A DNA stretch of 63,847 bases, filler included, from Olpidium bornovanus S191 (Eukaryota; Fungi; Olpidiomycota), in NCBI GenBank assembly GCA_017911155.1. It is 31 parts of 31 records of this genome, joined end to end, with 100 filler letters (N's around TTAATTAATTAA, not from the genome) between each part and the next. Parts side by side here need not be neighbours in the genome. Positions count along the whole stretch, not along the records: positions 48,274 to 50,692 come from JAEFCI010004648.1; positions 50,793 to 52,986 come from JAEFCI010002141.1; positions 53,087 to 54,743 come from JAEFCI010008321.1; positions 54,844 to 56,353 come from JAEFCI010008424.1; positions 56,454 to 57,603 come from JAEFCI010009539.1; positions 57,704 to 58,782 come from JAEFCI010013014.1; positions 58,883 to 59,931 come from JAEFCI010013257.1; 24 more parts are not named here. The stretch is one strand, 5' to 3'. Made by a program: the position numbers and the translations under genes. Each line of letters starts with the position of its first letter. Position 1 is the first letter of the stretch. Of this stretch, positions 49,176-60,031 are shown piece by piece. The notes below the pieces were generated by a model. That model saw only the letters and a list, made by a program, of their open reading frames with translations. It was not told the DNA's origin and made no database searches.

Positions 49176-49765
49176 CGAGAAGGAGGCGGGAAATAGCCGG
49201 CGAGGCGGCGAAGTGGCGGGATAGGGGGGGGACCGGGCGGGGGGGGAAAACACGGGAAGGGATGTTCAGACACGGCGATGGAAAGCGGGGACGCTGGCCT
49301 CCACCGGCCCGCGCGGCAACCGTCATTCCGCGGAGAAGTAAGGTGGAGAGGTGGAGGGGAAAGAAAGCGCGGGCCCGGCGGGAGGGGGGAAGGGGGACTT
49401 ACTGACTTGGGTTGTGACGCCCATGTTGCGGAAAGGTAAGACGGAGGGGTCGAAAAGGGTGGCTGGCGTTTGGGGCGGAGGCGAGAGCCGCGCGCAGGAT
49501 TCCATTCGGGACGCGGTCCGGAAAAACGACCGGAAATGCTTTCATTCGCTCTCTCTCTCTCTCTCCCTCCCCTTTCTATTTTTCCCCCAACAAAAACAAA
49601 ACCCCCCCCTCCCCCTGGACCCTGGCCCCTCCTTCGGTTACACCCGACACCCCGCCCGTTCACATCACGCTGACAAAGTAAAAAAAAAAAAAAAAAAAAA
49701 AATGCCCGTTAACGCGTCACCACGGCGCCACCCGCCCGCACCGGCCCCGCGGGCCCCCCCCGGTT

Positions 49766-49796
<31 letters not shown>

Positions 49797-49798
49797 TG

Positions 49799-49833
<35 letters not shown>

Positions 49834-50921
49834 GTTCACGCGTCAGCACAGCGTCACGCGTCAGCACAGCGTCACGCGGCACCCGTCCGTTTTCCCACAG
49901 CAACGGGTAGTTTGCGGGCGTTCGTTTCCAGGACGTCGGAAGTTTGGCGAGCCGTTGCTAACTTTGCGATGTCAGTGTTCACATTACTCGGTAACTGGCT
50001 TCCCTGCCAGTGTGGAAGCCTGTTACTGAGTGAACGGAAGGACAAATCCAGCAATATCGGCGTGGAGGATTTTTCAAGTTTGGTCGTAGACGAGGAACTC
50101 GGATGAGACTCCAGGCCTGCTTGCGAGTTGACATGCTCTGCAGGTGGTCTGGGATGGGGACCGTAGTTAGTGCCTTTGCGAGAACCCCCGTCAATTGATG
50201 CTGTAATGCTAGGAGTCCTTCTTTGATAGATGTCCCAGGCGTGCGTGCCCTGTCTCGCGGTCCGCCGCGGGAGCAGCAGCAGTAAATGCAATCATCCAAG
50301 CTTTCAATTCCGCTTGAGTTTAGATTGGGACGGCGTCAATGTGGAATGGGCGGGTAGAGTCATCATTTGTTTTCGTGGCAACGATTGCTTTTGGCCGTTG
50401 TGGAGCGGATTGGGCCGCTCGGCCGCCTGTTGGCCGCCCCCGAAAGTACCCTCCGCTCACTGTTCCGCACCGTAAAAACAAATTCTCGAACTAGTCCAGA
50501 GGGTCGAAGCGAGGGAGCCTTTGAAGGACTCGGGTTTGGGAGAAAGCAAAGATGCTTCAACGCCTTGCGACCGTGACGCCTACGACGACAGGCTTTGGCA
50601 CACTCTATGGGTTCGGTGACTTCTATCCTCTCATTACCGCCAGTCTGGTCGAAAGGGATTCAATAGGGGGTTGTTGAGGAGGAACAGACATGNNNNNNNN
50701 NNNNNNNNNNNNNNNNNNNNNNNNNNNNNNNNNNNNTTAATTAATTAANNNNNNNNNNNNNNNNNNNNNNNNNNNNNNNNNNNNNNNNNNNNCATGTTTC
50801 TGGTGCTCTGCTCCCAAGTTCGGCGACACGTACGAAAGACGAGAAGTCGCAGTGCCAACTGCCGCAACCTCCAGAAATACTGGGATCACTCCAGTGTGAT
50901 ACGTTAAGCGTTTTAATCCCG

Positions 50922-52986
50922 TCAGATGTCCCGTTTCCAGTTCCGCTCGTCGTCGTCTTCGTCTTCCTCACTCTCAACTACCATTTGGCTCATCCCAGAA
51001 TTAGAACCGAGCCCCGCGCGTGGGGCGTGAGAATCTGCATTCGTGTCACCCCTCGGAACCGATGATGACTGGGCAGCGGGATCGGTGTACCACGATATCG
51101 GGAGCCTGCCCGGAATATCCTCGAACTTTCCCGCGTTCAAATACGCCTGCAGGCAGATGACAACAACATCAAAATCTCAATCCTGTATCCCCCCCCGGTG
51201 ACGCAATACTGCCCACGTTGGCGCGACCAGAACGAACCTTTTCGGCTTCCTGACGGGTGCCGTAGTGGACAACGGTGTCGCCAGTGGCCTCGTCCGTAGT
51301 GACCGACACGACTGTCCCGTACCGCTGCAAGGATATACCGCAATGCACGTAAGGGCGTACGTGCACACGCCGCGTCAGCCGATAGTGCCAACGCAGCTCT
51401 CGCAATCCACCTTCGGTCGATCGTACCTCAAAGTGACGCTTAAGGTCCGGCCGTACCGACTCCGGGACGGCCTTTAAGAGCAATTTCGTCGGTCGCAGGT
51501 CAAGGTTGTATGTCCTGAAGCCGCCTCGTCCACGCGCTCCGCGGCCCCTGGCACGACCGCGGAAGACGCCGCCCCGCCCTCGGTGACTTGGCTCGTGCAC
51601 TCCCAAGCTCGCAGCCTAACAAGCAACGACCTAGCCATCAGACACCGATTTTACGCCAAGTAGGATCGCTTAGTTTTAACGCGCTGTATTTTGCGAACAG
51701 TACCTCTGCTTTTAACTGGTCGAGACGTGCTTGCAATGCTGCGGTAAATTCCGAGGACCCCTCTTCCTTCTTATCGTGCACCTTAGTAAGCATGTCCAGC
51801 TCGCGGTCCAGTCGCTCTCGCTCCTTGTGCTCAGCCATCTTCAGGGCATCGTATTTGAGGGACTTGTGCGCGGCGAGCGGGGAAATCGTGGGCACGGACC
51901 CGGTAGACCTGCCGGCAGAAGCCCCCCCCGGGGAAACCGCGCTCGCGACAGAGTCGATCCGCCTCATCAGCTCATCTTTTTCTCGGGCTGAAATGCTCGG
52001 GTCCTTTGCAATATCCGCCAGCATGCGCTTCTGCTCCTCGATCTGCCTTTGGAGCATCGCCTCCTGACTTCGTTGAAGTTCGAGCGCTTTCGATAACTGC
52101 TCCTTCCGCGCCTTTGCTTTCAACTCACGCACGGCGTTCACCTCTGCAAGGTGGGCAGCGTTGGCGGCAGCAAGCGCGCTCGGGCTCGCGCCCGTGGTGC
52201 CCGCGTTAGCCGGAGCAGCCATTCCGCCAACCACTGCCGACCCACCGCCTTCCCCGGCGGCTGTGCCTTCGGGCGCGTCCTTCTCAAACCAGTATACCCG
52301 GACGAATCGGTTGCCGAATATGGGTTCTGGCGAAGTGTGGGCCTTGTAGGCTTCAGCATTGTTGCTGAACTGCACAAGCGCTTTGAGGTTATGGCGGTCC
52401 ACCTGGATATTTGTGACAGTTCCGAATTTCTTGAAAAAGTTATTGACGCAGTCAAGTGTGCACGACTCCTCGGGAATGTTCTCCACCACCAGCGTGAACC
52501 CCTTGTTGGCGTGGAAACTGGCCCGGCCGCCAAACGAACTGCCACCCCGACCTCGCCCCCGGCCCCGTCCGTGGAAAGTGCCGCCGCGCGCGACGGCCAT
52601 ACTCATTGGGCTGTGAGGAATTCCGCCATCAGCAGTCATCGGGGTTGGCAGGGGTAGCACCTGCGCCATTGCCATCCGTTCCCGAATTTGTGGCGGGATG
52701 GCTCCGTTCATCGCAGGATGCGCCATGCCGGCCACTTTGTGTGCAGCAGTGAATGAAAAAAGGAGGAAATTGACGTTACCAGGAATGGTCGGGCTCAGTC
52801 AGCAGCAGAAATGTATTCGTGATCCTTACTCATCGCTTCTAAATGCGGGCCACCCATAGGCGGCAAAAATGTAGGTCGCATTGGTCCGGTCGGTATTCCT
52901 TGAAGATGTGGCACAGGCACATTGTGATACTGAGAGTTACAAGACATCGCATCTTCGTCGCCGCGGCAGTGTTCAAATGGACATGC
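50922..52986 (-). CDS. RBM26/RBM27-like RNA-binding protein (zinc-finger end, two RRMs); 5' part missing
   Basis: CPFEH zinc-finger end; TLVVENIPEESCTLDCVNNFFKKFGTVTNIQVD...ALVQF...SPEPIFGNRFVRVYW; YNLDLRPTKLLL; C-terminal EDEDDDERNWKR. Confidence 0.9.
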
Positions 52987-53086
52987 NNNNNNNNNNNNNN
53001 NNNNNNNNNNNNNNNNNNNNNNNNNNNNNNTTAATTAATTAANNNNNNNNNNNNNNNNNNNNNNNNNNNNNNNNNNNNNNNNNNNN

Positions 53087-54518
53087 CATGCACGGAGCCA
53101 GTCGCAGCTTGTAGAGCGGCACGGTTGCGAGCAAAGGAAACGCCGCTGCTAACAGGAGCAGAGCTGACCGTGACCGCCGAGGTGCCACCGAGGGCAATAC
53201 CTTGACCAAATCTCCATTGCTCGGTAGGGGCCAAATAAGACGCTGACTACATTTCCTTGCTGATGACATCGCGGATGACGTCGACAAGGAAGTTGTATTG
53301 AAGCAACAGCTGACCGGAGGGTGCCCGAGCTTGACGGTAGTCGTATATACGAGTTTGCAGAGCACGGGGTAGCGTGACCAGCGACGTATCGCATTCGGCG
53401 GAGCTGTCTGCACAGCCAGCCTTACGGAACAGTCGCTGGTACTGAGCACAGTACTTGCGGATGCTCCATTGGTCCTTCTCTTGGAACTTCATAGCACGAA
53501 GTTCCTGCAGGCGGGCCTGCTGAGCGGACGGGTGGATGAGAATGCGGGCAATGGTGTTCTTGGCGAGGTGCCACGTGAGGTGATCGGAGACCTCGCGGCT
53601 GATCCAGTCGGCGAGGAGTAGTTCCAGGCACATCGGTAGGAGGCGCCGCCAGTGATGGTCAAAGTCCAGGGCATTGGCGGCCAGTGTGACCTCAAAATGA
53701 TCATAAAACGCGTAGAGGTCATCCGCCGGGTAGTTGAACCGCGGCATGTCCCGGGGGACACGGTTATGCGCATGCGTCACCTCAGAATCAGGACCCCTGG
53801 AGGTGCGTGCCGACTGGGTGTCGGTGTCTGCCGTTTGTTGGCTGCGGACATACTTTTCCAGGAGGTCTTTCTCGCGAACAAGGTCGCTTTCAAGCGCGCG
53901 CAGGTCGGCGCATGCAGTGTTGTACATGGCCTTGGTGCCTTCCGTGACGCCCTCGCGGACAAGGCGGCAGGCGGCAGCCACCTGTCACGCCTGGAGTGCT
54001 ATGGCTTCTTAAAGCTCACGGATGGCCTGTTGCTGGTCCGGGACGTTCGAAGTTGTCCTCCTGCCGGGAGACTTGCCGGGTCACTCTGGTTGCCGGACGT
54101 CGGCGGTGACAGCGGCATGGGGTCGTTCCGCTCGGCGCCGTAGGAGGGTGTAGGTCATTCCGCTCAGCGCGCGTAGAAGGGTGTAGGTCGTTCCGCTCGG
54201 CGCGCGTAGGAGGGCGTAATGCCGGATGCGGCAGGGACGCGGCCGGGGCTCGCGGCTTCGGCGAGGCTCCGCTCGGCGCGCGGATGCGGCAGGGACGGGG
54301 CGGACTCGGGGGGAGGCCTCGCGGCTCCGGCGAGGCTCCGCTCGGCGCGCGGATGCGGCAGGGACGCGGCGGACTCGGGGGGAGGCCTCCCGGCTCCGGC
54401 GAGGCTCCCAGGGGGCCGCCGTGAGTTGACGGAGCCGGGGACTCGGAAGAAGTTTGCCGCGTGTCACCCGGGACGGGGATGCGCGGAGCTCCAGTAGGCG
54501 TCCGGAGAAATCGTCCAA
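53087..54518 (-). pseudogene. Ty3/gypsy-type gag, in frame over about 1.4 kb but broken by four premature stops
   Basis: FYDHFEVTLAANALDFDHHWRRLLPMCL...LQELRAMKF...SIRKYCAQYQRL; ORF-track pieces 54081-54518, 53247-53981 and 53031-53234 share one frame. Confidence 0.8.
54120..54410. repeat. Adjacent 33-bp (3 copies) and 69-bp (about 2.7 copies) tandem repeats in the gag N-terminal region
   Basis: ggtcgttccgctcggcgcgcgtaggagggtgta x3; cggatgcggcagggac...ctccgctcggcgcg repeated; both unit lengths are multiples of 3. Confidence 0.85.
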
Positions 54519-55261
54519 GGTCCTCGAGCATGAAGCAGGCAGGACACTGGGGATGGGATAGATACAAAACGACGGCGGCGGCGGTGCTATCGTCGTCGCC
54601 GTCGTCGGTGTTCAAAGGGAAACATGAGAACCCCGGTAATCCCCTTGACACTGGATTTATTTGGAAAGTGGTAGGTTTGGCTAGGATAGGTACAGATATC
54701 GCCGGCAATCCCCTCCTGTCTCGCCCCTATTCTCCGCTCACCCNNNNNNNNNNNNNNNNNNNNNNNNNNNNNNNNNNNNNNNNNNNNTTAATTAATTAAN
54801 NNNNNNNNNNNNNNNNNNNNNNNNNNNNNNNNNNNNNNNNNNNCGAACGCGTCCTCGAGTAACGTTAGAGTCGTAGAGCAAACGAACCCCAGAGCGAGTA
54901 GGAGAGGGAAAGAGAAAGGGAGACGGAGAGAACGCTCGCGAGAACTGGAATTTAGAGGCTGGGTTTTGGAGTTTCGAGTGCAAGGCTGGAACAACGACTT
55001 TCCACAAGGCCTGGCGCTGCCTGTCCTCAACTGCCCACCTATTTTCCCAAAAACGCGGTGGAAGGGTAGGCATGAACCGGTCCTGGGTGCGTCCTTCTCG
55101 AGACCGCTCCGCGCCCTGCTTTTCGTCGTCGAAATCGTTTATCACGGGCCCGCCCCGCCATTGCTTCCCGAGCCTCCCCCCTGCGGTCGGGGTTTGTCGG
55201 CCGCCTACGTATCTCGTTTCGAGACTCAGGAGTACGTAGTTCTACCATTCTTTTCGCGACG

Positions 55262-56234
55262 CTAATCGTCAGCCGCTCCCTCGACCTCGTCCGCACTCAC
55301 CTCGCCGTTGGCCGACACGTTGTCTTCATCGCTCAGTCCCTCTTGACGTCGAAAGGCTTTCAGGTGCTTTCCAGCTACGCGATCTTTGACATCAGACCTG
55401 TCGAGTTCCCGCAGACGGTAGGTGCCCGTCTCCGCCGACTTGTCCGTAAAAATGAAGGGCCCGAACCACCGTTGCGCAAATATCCGATGTGTACTAACCT
55501 CAGCTTCGATCTGCTCGTTACGCCGCAAGACCCAGTCGCCGACCTCGAGAGGTCGAGGGTGGCGCTGTGGCTTCGCGTCGACATGCTCTTTCTCCCAACG
55601 TTTTGTTTCGAGCATTTTCCGCCGGCCTTCCTCTACGTCCTCCTCTCTCCGTTGGAGCTGGCATATCCGCAACGCCAGTAGTTCTTCACGAGACAGGCCG
55701 TCCTTCCACGGCAGCACGGACGACGTCACAAGGGCGTCGTCGACAGGTAGCGACGGTCGATTCCCGTGCATCAACTCGACTGGAGCAAATACGGCAGTCT
55801 GATGGGTCGTTGATTGGTCGGCCCACAACGCGAACGGGAAAAGGTCCACCCACTTTGCACTTTCGAGCTCAGCCGCTTTCACCAAAGCACCTACAAATGT
55901 CTGGTGCCCTCTCTCGGCTTTCCTGTTGGCTTCGGGGATGTACGCCACGGTTAAGTGTATCTCGACGCCGAAACGACGAAAAAGGTCCCGTACCTCGGCC
56001 GTTCGGAGCTCCCCACGATCCGCGCGAAATTGACAGCACAGTCCGTATCGACACACGACGTCCTCCAAGAGGAAACAGCCGACGGACGCGGAGTGTTTGC
56101 TCCGAAGAGGCTCCCCTTCGCAGAAGTTGCTGATCCCCTCCCTAGCCAACACTGCGTAACGAAATCCCCGCACCTTCGGCAGCTCCACGAGATCCACGTA
56201 TCATTCGAAGTTGATCGACGGCGGGCACACCAGG
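55262..56234 (-). mobile_element. Ty3/gypsy integrase catalytic core and C-terminus, truncated upstream by an LTR
   Basis: YVDLVELP...FCEGEPL...DVVCRYG...RADRGE...TVAYIPEANRKAERGH...WVDLFPFALWAD...PVELMHG (DDE core). Confidence 0.93.
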
Positions 56235-56353
56235 TGTCACGGCGCGCCCGCTACGGTGGCGTCAAACCCCTCAGGCCGTGTCAAGCCCCTCTCGGGAACG
56301 CCTGCCGAGCAACGGTCACGTGATCCAGAAATCGCCGAGACCACTAGACACAC
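56235..56353 (+). mobile_element. LTR start of the same family as 17233-17907
   Basis: TGTCACGGCG...GGCGTCAAACCCCTC...TGTCAAGCCCCTCTC...CACGTGA...AATCGCCGAGACCACTAGACACAC matches the reverse complement of 17907-17855 and 17288-17250. Confidence 0.75.
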
Positions 56354-56453
56354 NNNNNNNNNNNNNNNNNNNNNNNNNNNNNNNNNNNNNNNNNNNNTTA
56401 ATTAATTAANNNNNNNNNNNNNNNNNNNNNNNNNNNNNNNNNNNNNNNNNNNN

Positions 56454-56590
56454 CATGCTCCACCTGCTCATTGGGCGTGACTGCGAGCGCCCCTGGTATC
56501 GCTGCCAGTCCGAAGTGCGGCTGCGGGGGCGGCAGGTGCGCGAACTGCTGCTGCGGTTGTCCTAGCTTTCCTTTCACGGCTCTGCAGACA
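56454..56590 (-). CDS. Internal exon of an unidentified gene
   Basis: After a CTGCAG acceptor the frame reads AVKGKLGQPQQQFAHLPPPQPHFGLAAIPGALAVTPNEQVEH, open to the contig end. Confidence 0.35.
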
Positions 56591-57536
56591 GGGAGCAGTC
56601 AACGGATTGGGTTCATAACCTGTCAAAAACTAAAGGCAGGAGAAGGCAAGACGAAACGGGGAGCGAGCTCGGAACGACACGAGGACGAGAAAGCAAAACG
56701 AGAGAAAGAGAGCCGTATTCAAAATGTGCCAAGGCCATTTACTCTAGGCCTTACTATAGCGCAGAACTCAGAGCAAATGAATCTCTAGGGGCCACCTTGG
56801 TTTCCTGGGCCACATCATCCGCTGCGAACTACGAACAGTTATAACACTTCATTTTCTTACATTCAATGTGCTGGGGAAAGGCCTGGAGGTACAATTCTAG
56901 TGCATTTGGTCACCATCTCCAGGCTTGAAGCTGATGTGCCACTTAAAGAAAAGAAAAAAAGGAAACAAAATTCCAGGCAGGAACTTAATATCCTTGAGGA
57001 TCCGTTGCTGCGAGTGACTGCGGAATACCTCGAAAAGAAAAGATGCAAGCACGTTCGCTCGAACAGCCCCATTCGATCCAGCGTCCCGCAATGCGCGTTT
57101 CATAAGGCTCTTGTTCAAGCGAGAAACTCGCTTGGGAACCAAAGTAACCAAAACGAAGAAAAAAACAAAAAAGAAAAAAGGCGAAAAGAAGAAAAATAAT
57201 CCGCCTCCTGCACACGAGACCGGATTGGAGCGCAGAGGCGACCCTGGCGCCGCCGTTAGGGCCAGCGAAAGGTCACCACCTCCGAGGCGAGGTGAAAACG
57301 AGCACTTCAGCTGGGGAGAGGAGGAGGAGGGGAGGGGGGGGGGAGGGGATGGTGGTGGTGGTTGGTGTTGAGCGGAGGGCGGTGGTTGGGTTGGGGGCGG
57401 GTGACCGGCCGACCGACCGAGGCGAAAAGGAAATCCGATTCGCCTCGCGCGCACGCAACGCACGCACGCACGCACGCACGCACCCGCCCGCCGCTCCACA
57501 CACCGCACTACCCTCCCCGCCCCGGCAGAAACGCCC

Positions 57537-57603
<67 letters not shown>

Positions 57604-57704
57604 NNNNNNNNNNNNNNNNNNNNNNNNNNNNNNNNNNNNNNNNNNNNTTAATTAATTAANNNNNNNNNNNNNNNNNNNNNNNNNNNNNNNNNNNNNNNNN
57701 NNNC

Positions 57705-58409
57705 ATGAACAACTCGGGAGCTCCACAACTCTCGCCCCTTGCGACCCCTGCGGATGTTATCTACGAGGAGGACTTCGAGCCCTACACTGACGACGATGAC
57801 GACAATGAAAACTCCGACGACATGGTGGAGCTCCGTCAAACCGCGGCCGTACATTTTGACCAGCTGAGCTCGCCCGCCATGGAAATAAAATTCCGGGTGC
57901 CCTTCCCAGCGTTCGTTCCGTTCCCGCCGAGCCCAACTTCGTCCTCGCACGCCTTCTCGCTGTGCGACTCAACGCCGTTCCCGTTCCTTGCGTCGTCTGT
58001 CGTCTCAACGTGCTGCTGTGAGCGCACCTGCTCCCAGAGCCGGCAGGCGACCACTGCTCAGATGAGCGTCGCTACCGGCGACGCCGTCAAAAGCAGCCTT
58101 GGAACGCAAACGGAGAAAACGACGTTTAAGTTCGTTGTTTCGGTCGGCACCCAGTGCCCTCTGCCGTCCTCGCCAGTCCACTTTGTTTCCATCGGCACAC
58201 AAACGGACGCCGCTTCCATCGGCACACAAACGGACGCCGCTTCCCAAAGCGAGGCGGAGGCCGCTGCCGTCGTGTGCAACATCAGCGCACAAACCGAGGA
58301 GACGTCTTTCCGGTCGATGCCCACGTCGCTGCCCTTTTTCCCGGTAACCAGCGTGACCGAGATCATTGTTGCTATCGAGAATGACGATGCCGACTACGAG
58401 ATGTTGTGA
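57705..58409 (+). CDS. Orphan disordered protein (or C-terminal exon) with tandem TQT motifs
   Basis: 234-codon ORF from the contig-start CATG to TGA, containing SLGTQTE, SVGTQCP, SIGTQTD x2 and ISAQTE. Confidence 0.6.
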   Translation: MNNSGAPQLSPLATPADVIYEEDFEPYTDDDDDNENSDDMVELRQTAAVHFDQLSSPAMEIKFRVPFPAFVPFPPSPTSSSHAFSLCDSTPFPFLASSVVSTCCCERTCSQSRQATTAQMSVATGDAVKSSLGTQTEKTTFKFVVSVGTQCPLPSSPVHFVSIGTQTDAASIGTQTDAASQSEAEAAAVVCNISAQTEETSFRSMPTSLPFFPVTSVTEIIVAIENDDADYEML

Positions 58410-58570
58410 TGTCACGCAGCGAATATCATAGACTCATTTTGTACAGTAGACAAACGCGTAGCCCATTTACTGCGCGGCCACTTTCCACTTCAACTTGTTG
58501 CTTTTTGACTGCGAGATGTGATGTCGCGCAACAAGAATCATACTCATTTGTACAGTAGACAAACGCGTTA
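58403..58570. repeat. Imperfect direct repeat of about 55 bp
   Basis: gatg..tgatgtc(a/g)cgca...tcata..ctcattt(t)gtacagtagacaaacgcgt at about 58403-58460 and 58515-58568. Confidence 0.8.
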
Positions 58571-59025
58571 GATGTGTGAAGACAAACGAGCGGGTGGGGG
58601 GGAGGGGGAGGGGGAGAGGTCTAAGTAGAAGCTACGGGTGGAGCCCGCCGGGTTAGGGCTCGGGATTTGCTCTCCACCGGAATCGCCGGGTTCGGGCTCG
58701 GGATTTGCTCTCCACCGGAATCCGACCCCTGCACGAAGTCCAGCCGTCGGGGGTTTTTCGGGGGGTTTTCGGCGCGCCATGANNNNNNNNNNNNNNNNNN
58801 NNNNNNNNNNNNNNNNNNNNNNNNNNTTAATTAATTAANNNNNNNNNNNNNNNNNNNNNNNNNNNNNNNNNNNNNNNNNNNNCATGATAGAGGCAGCAGG
58901 TGAGGAGGCGAACGCGCGAACGTTCCGCAGATCCCCCGCGCCCGGCACCCGTCCCGCACTCGATCCCCGTACGAACAGCCAGCGTCCGCTGCCCCGCCGT
59001 CGGTTTCTCGCCATCGACGTGCCTG

Positions 59026-59931
59026 ATGGCATCCGCGGGCCGCTCAGGCAGGTTACGGGAAAGGCCTTGGAAGCCGCCAACGTTGTCCGGGCCACGGACA
59101 AGACAACAGCGGGCACTGCCGTTGGCTGCCCTGTTTGCCGTGCTTTCGCTGCTCGTTCTGGTCGCCGGCCCATCAACTGGTGTACTCGGGCTGCACTCCT
59201 CTGAGGAGCATAGCAACTACGGCACGGACAAGAAAGAGGTCAAAGAGTAAGGAAGAGCGAAGAGGCCTTTTGCCGAGAAGAAAAACGGCGGGGTGGAGCG
59301 AAGAGGGCAAACCGCGGCAAAAACAGACCGACAGCTTTTCGCTGTGGAGACATGTTTCTGGCGGTTGAATTGAAGAGCTCGGAGGCAGTTTCCGGGCTCG
59401 CGGGTGTTAGAACGATCGGAAATAACCATAATCGTGCAATAACGCAGAAAGCTGATGGAACAAGTCAAAGAAGTAACGGGGGAGACAGAGTTCAGCGAAG
59501 AAGACCAAACCATACTCTTCTTCAAACTACTCGACCGGTAGGTGTGGATTTGCCGTAATCTGCTCAATCGCTCTTTAGAGCTGCGGAATCAATCTCGCCT
59601 GACCCGGAACCCGCCCTCGACCGCACCCATACCAGCAACGGTGATGGGAGCTTGGACGCCCACGAAATGCGGCCGGCATTCGACGACGAGGAGGGGCGCA
59701 CGCTCGAGGAGATCAACGAATGGGTGCGTATTGGGAGCGAAGATTCCAAATGTGGGAAATTAGGAGACGAAGGGAAAATTTGGAAGACGGCGGAACACTC
59801 GTTGCGCACTTTGTCGTTATTTCCAAGACGACACTACAACGCAGGCGGGCTGCTTGACTGTTCTCCCTTGTCCTCACAACAGACTGACCACGTGTTGCAG
59901 GAGGACGACATTAACAACGAGTGAGTACATG
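59026..59931 (+). CDS. MCFD2-like secreted two-EF-hand protein, multi-exon, 3'-truncated
   Basis: Hydrophobic leader ALPLAALFAVLSLLVLVAG; EFSEEDQTILFFKLLDR / NGDGSLDAHEMRPAF...TLEEINEW / TDHVLQEDDINND; introns 59538-59635 and 59724-59882 keep the frame. Confidence 0.8.
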
Positions 59932-60031
59932 NNNNNNNNNNNNNNNNNNNNNNNNNNNNNNNNNNNNNNNNNNNNTTAATTAATTAANNNNNNNNNNNNN
60001 NNNNNNNNNNNNNNNNNNNNNNNNNNNNNNN

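Noticed and set aside
58640-58710. 38-bp-period repeat (gggctcgggatttgctctccaccggaatc x2) with one TTAGGG
   Set aside because: Only two copies at a contig edge; not a telomeric array. It may be a TE subterminal repeat but this cannot be supported.
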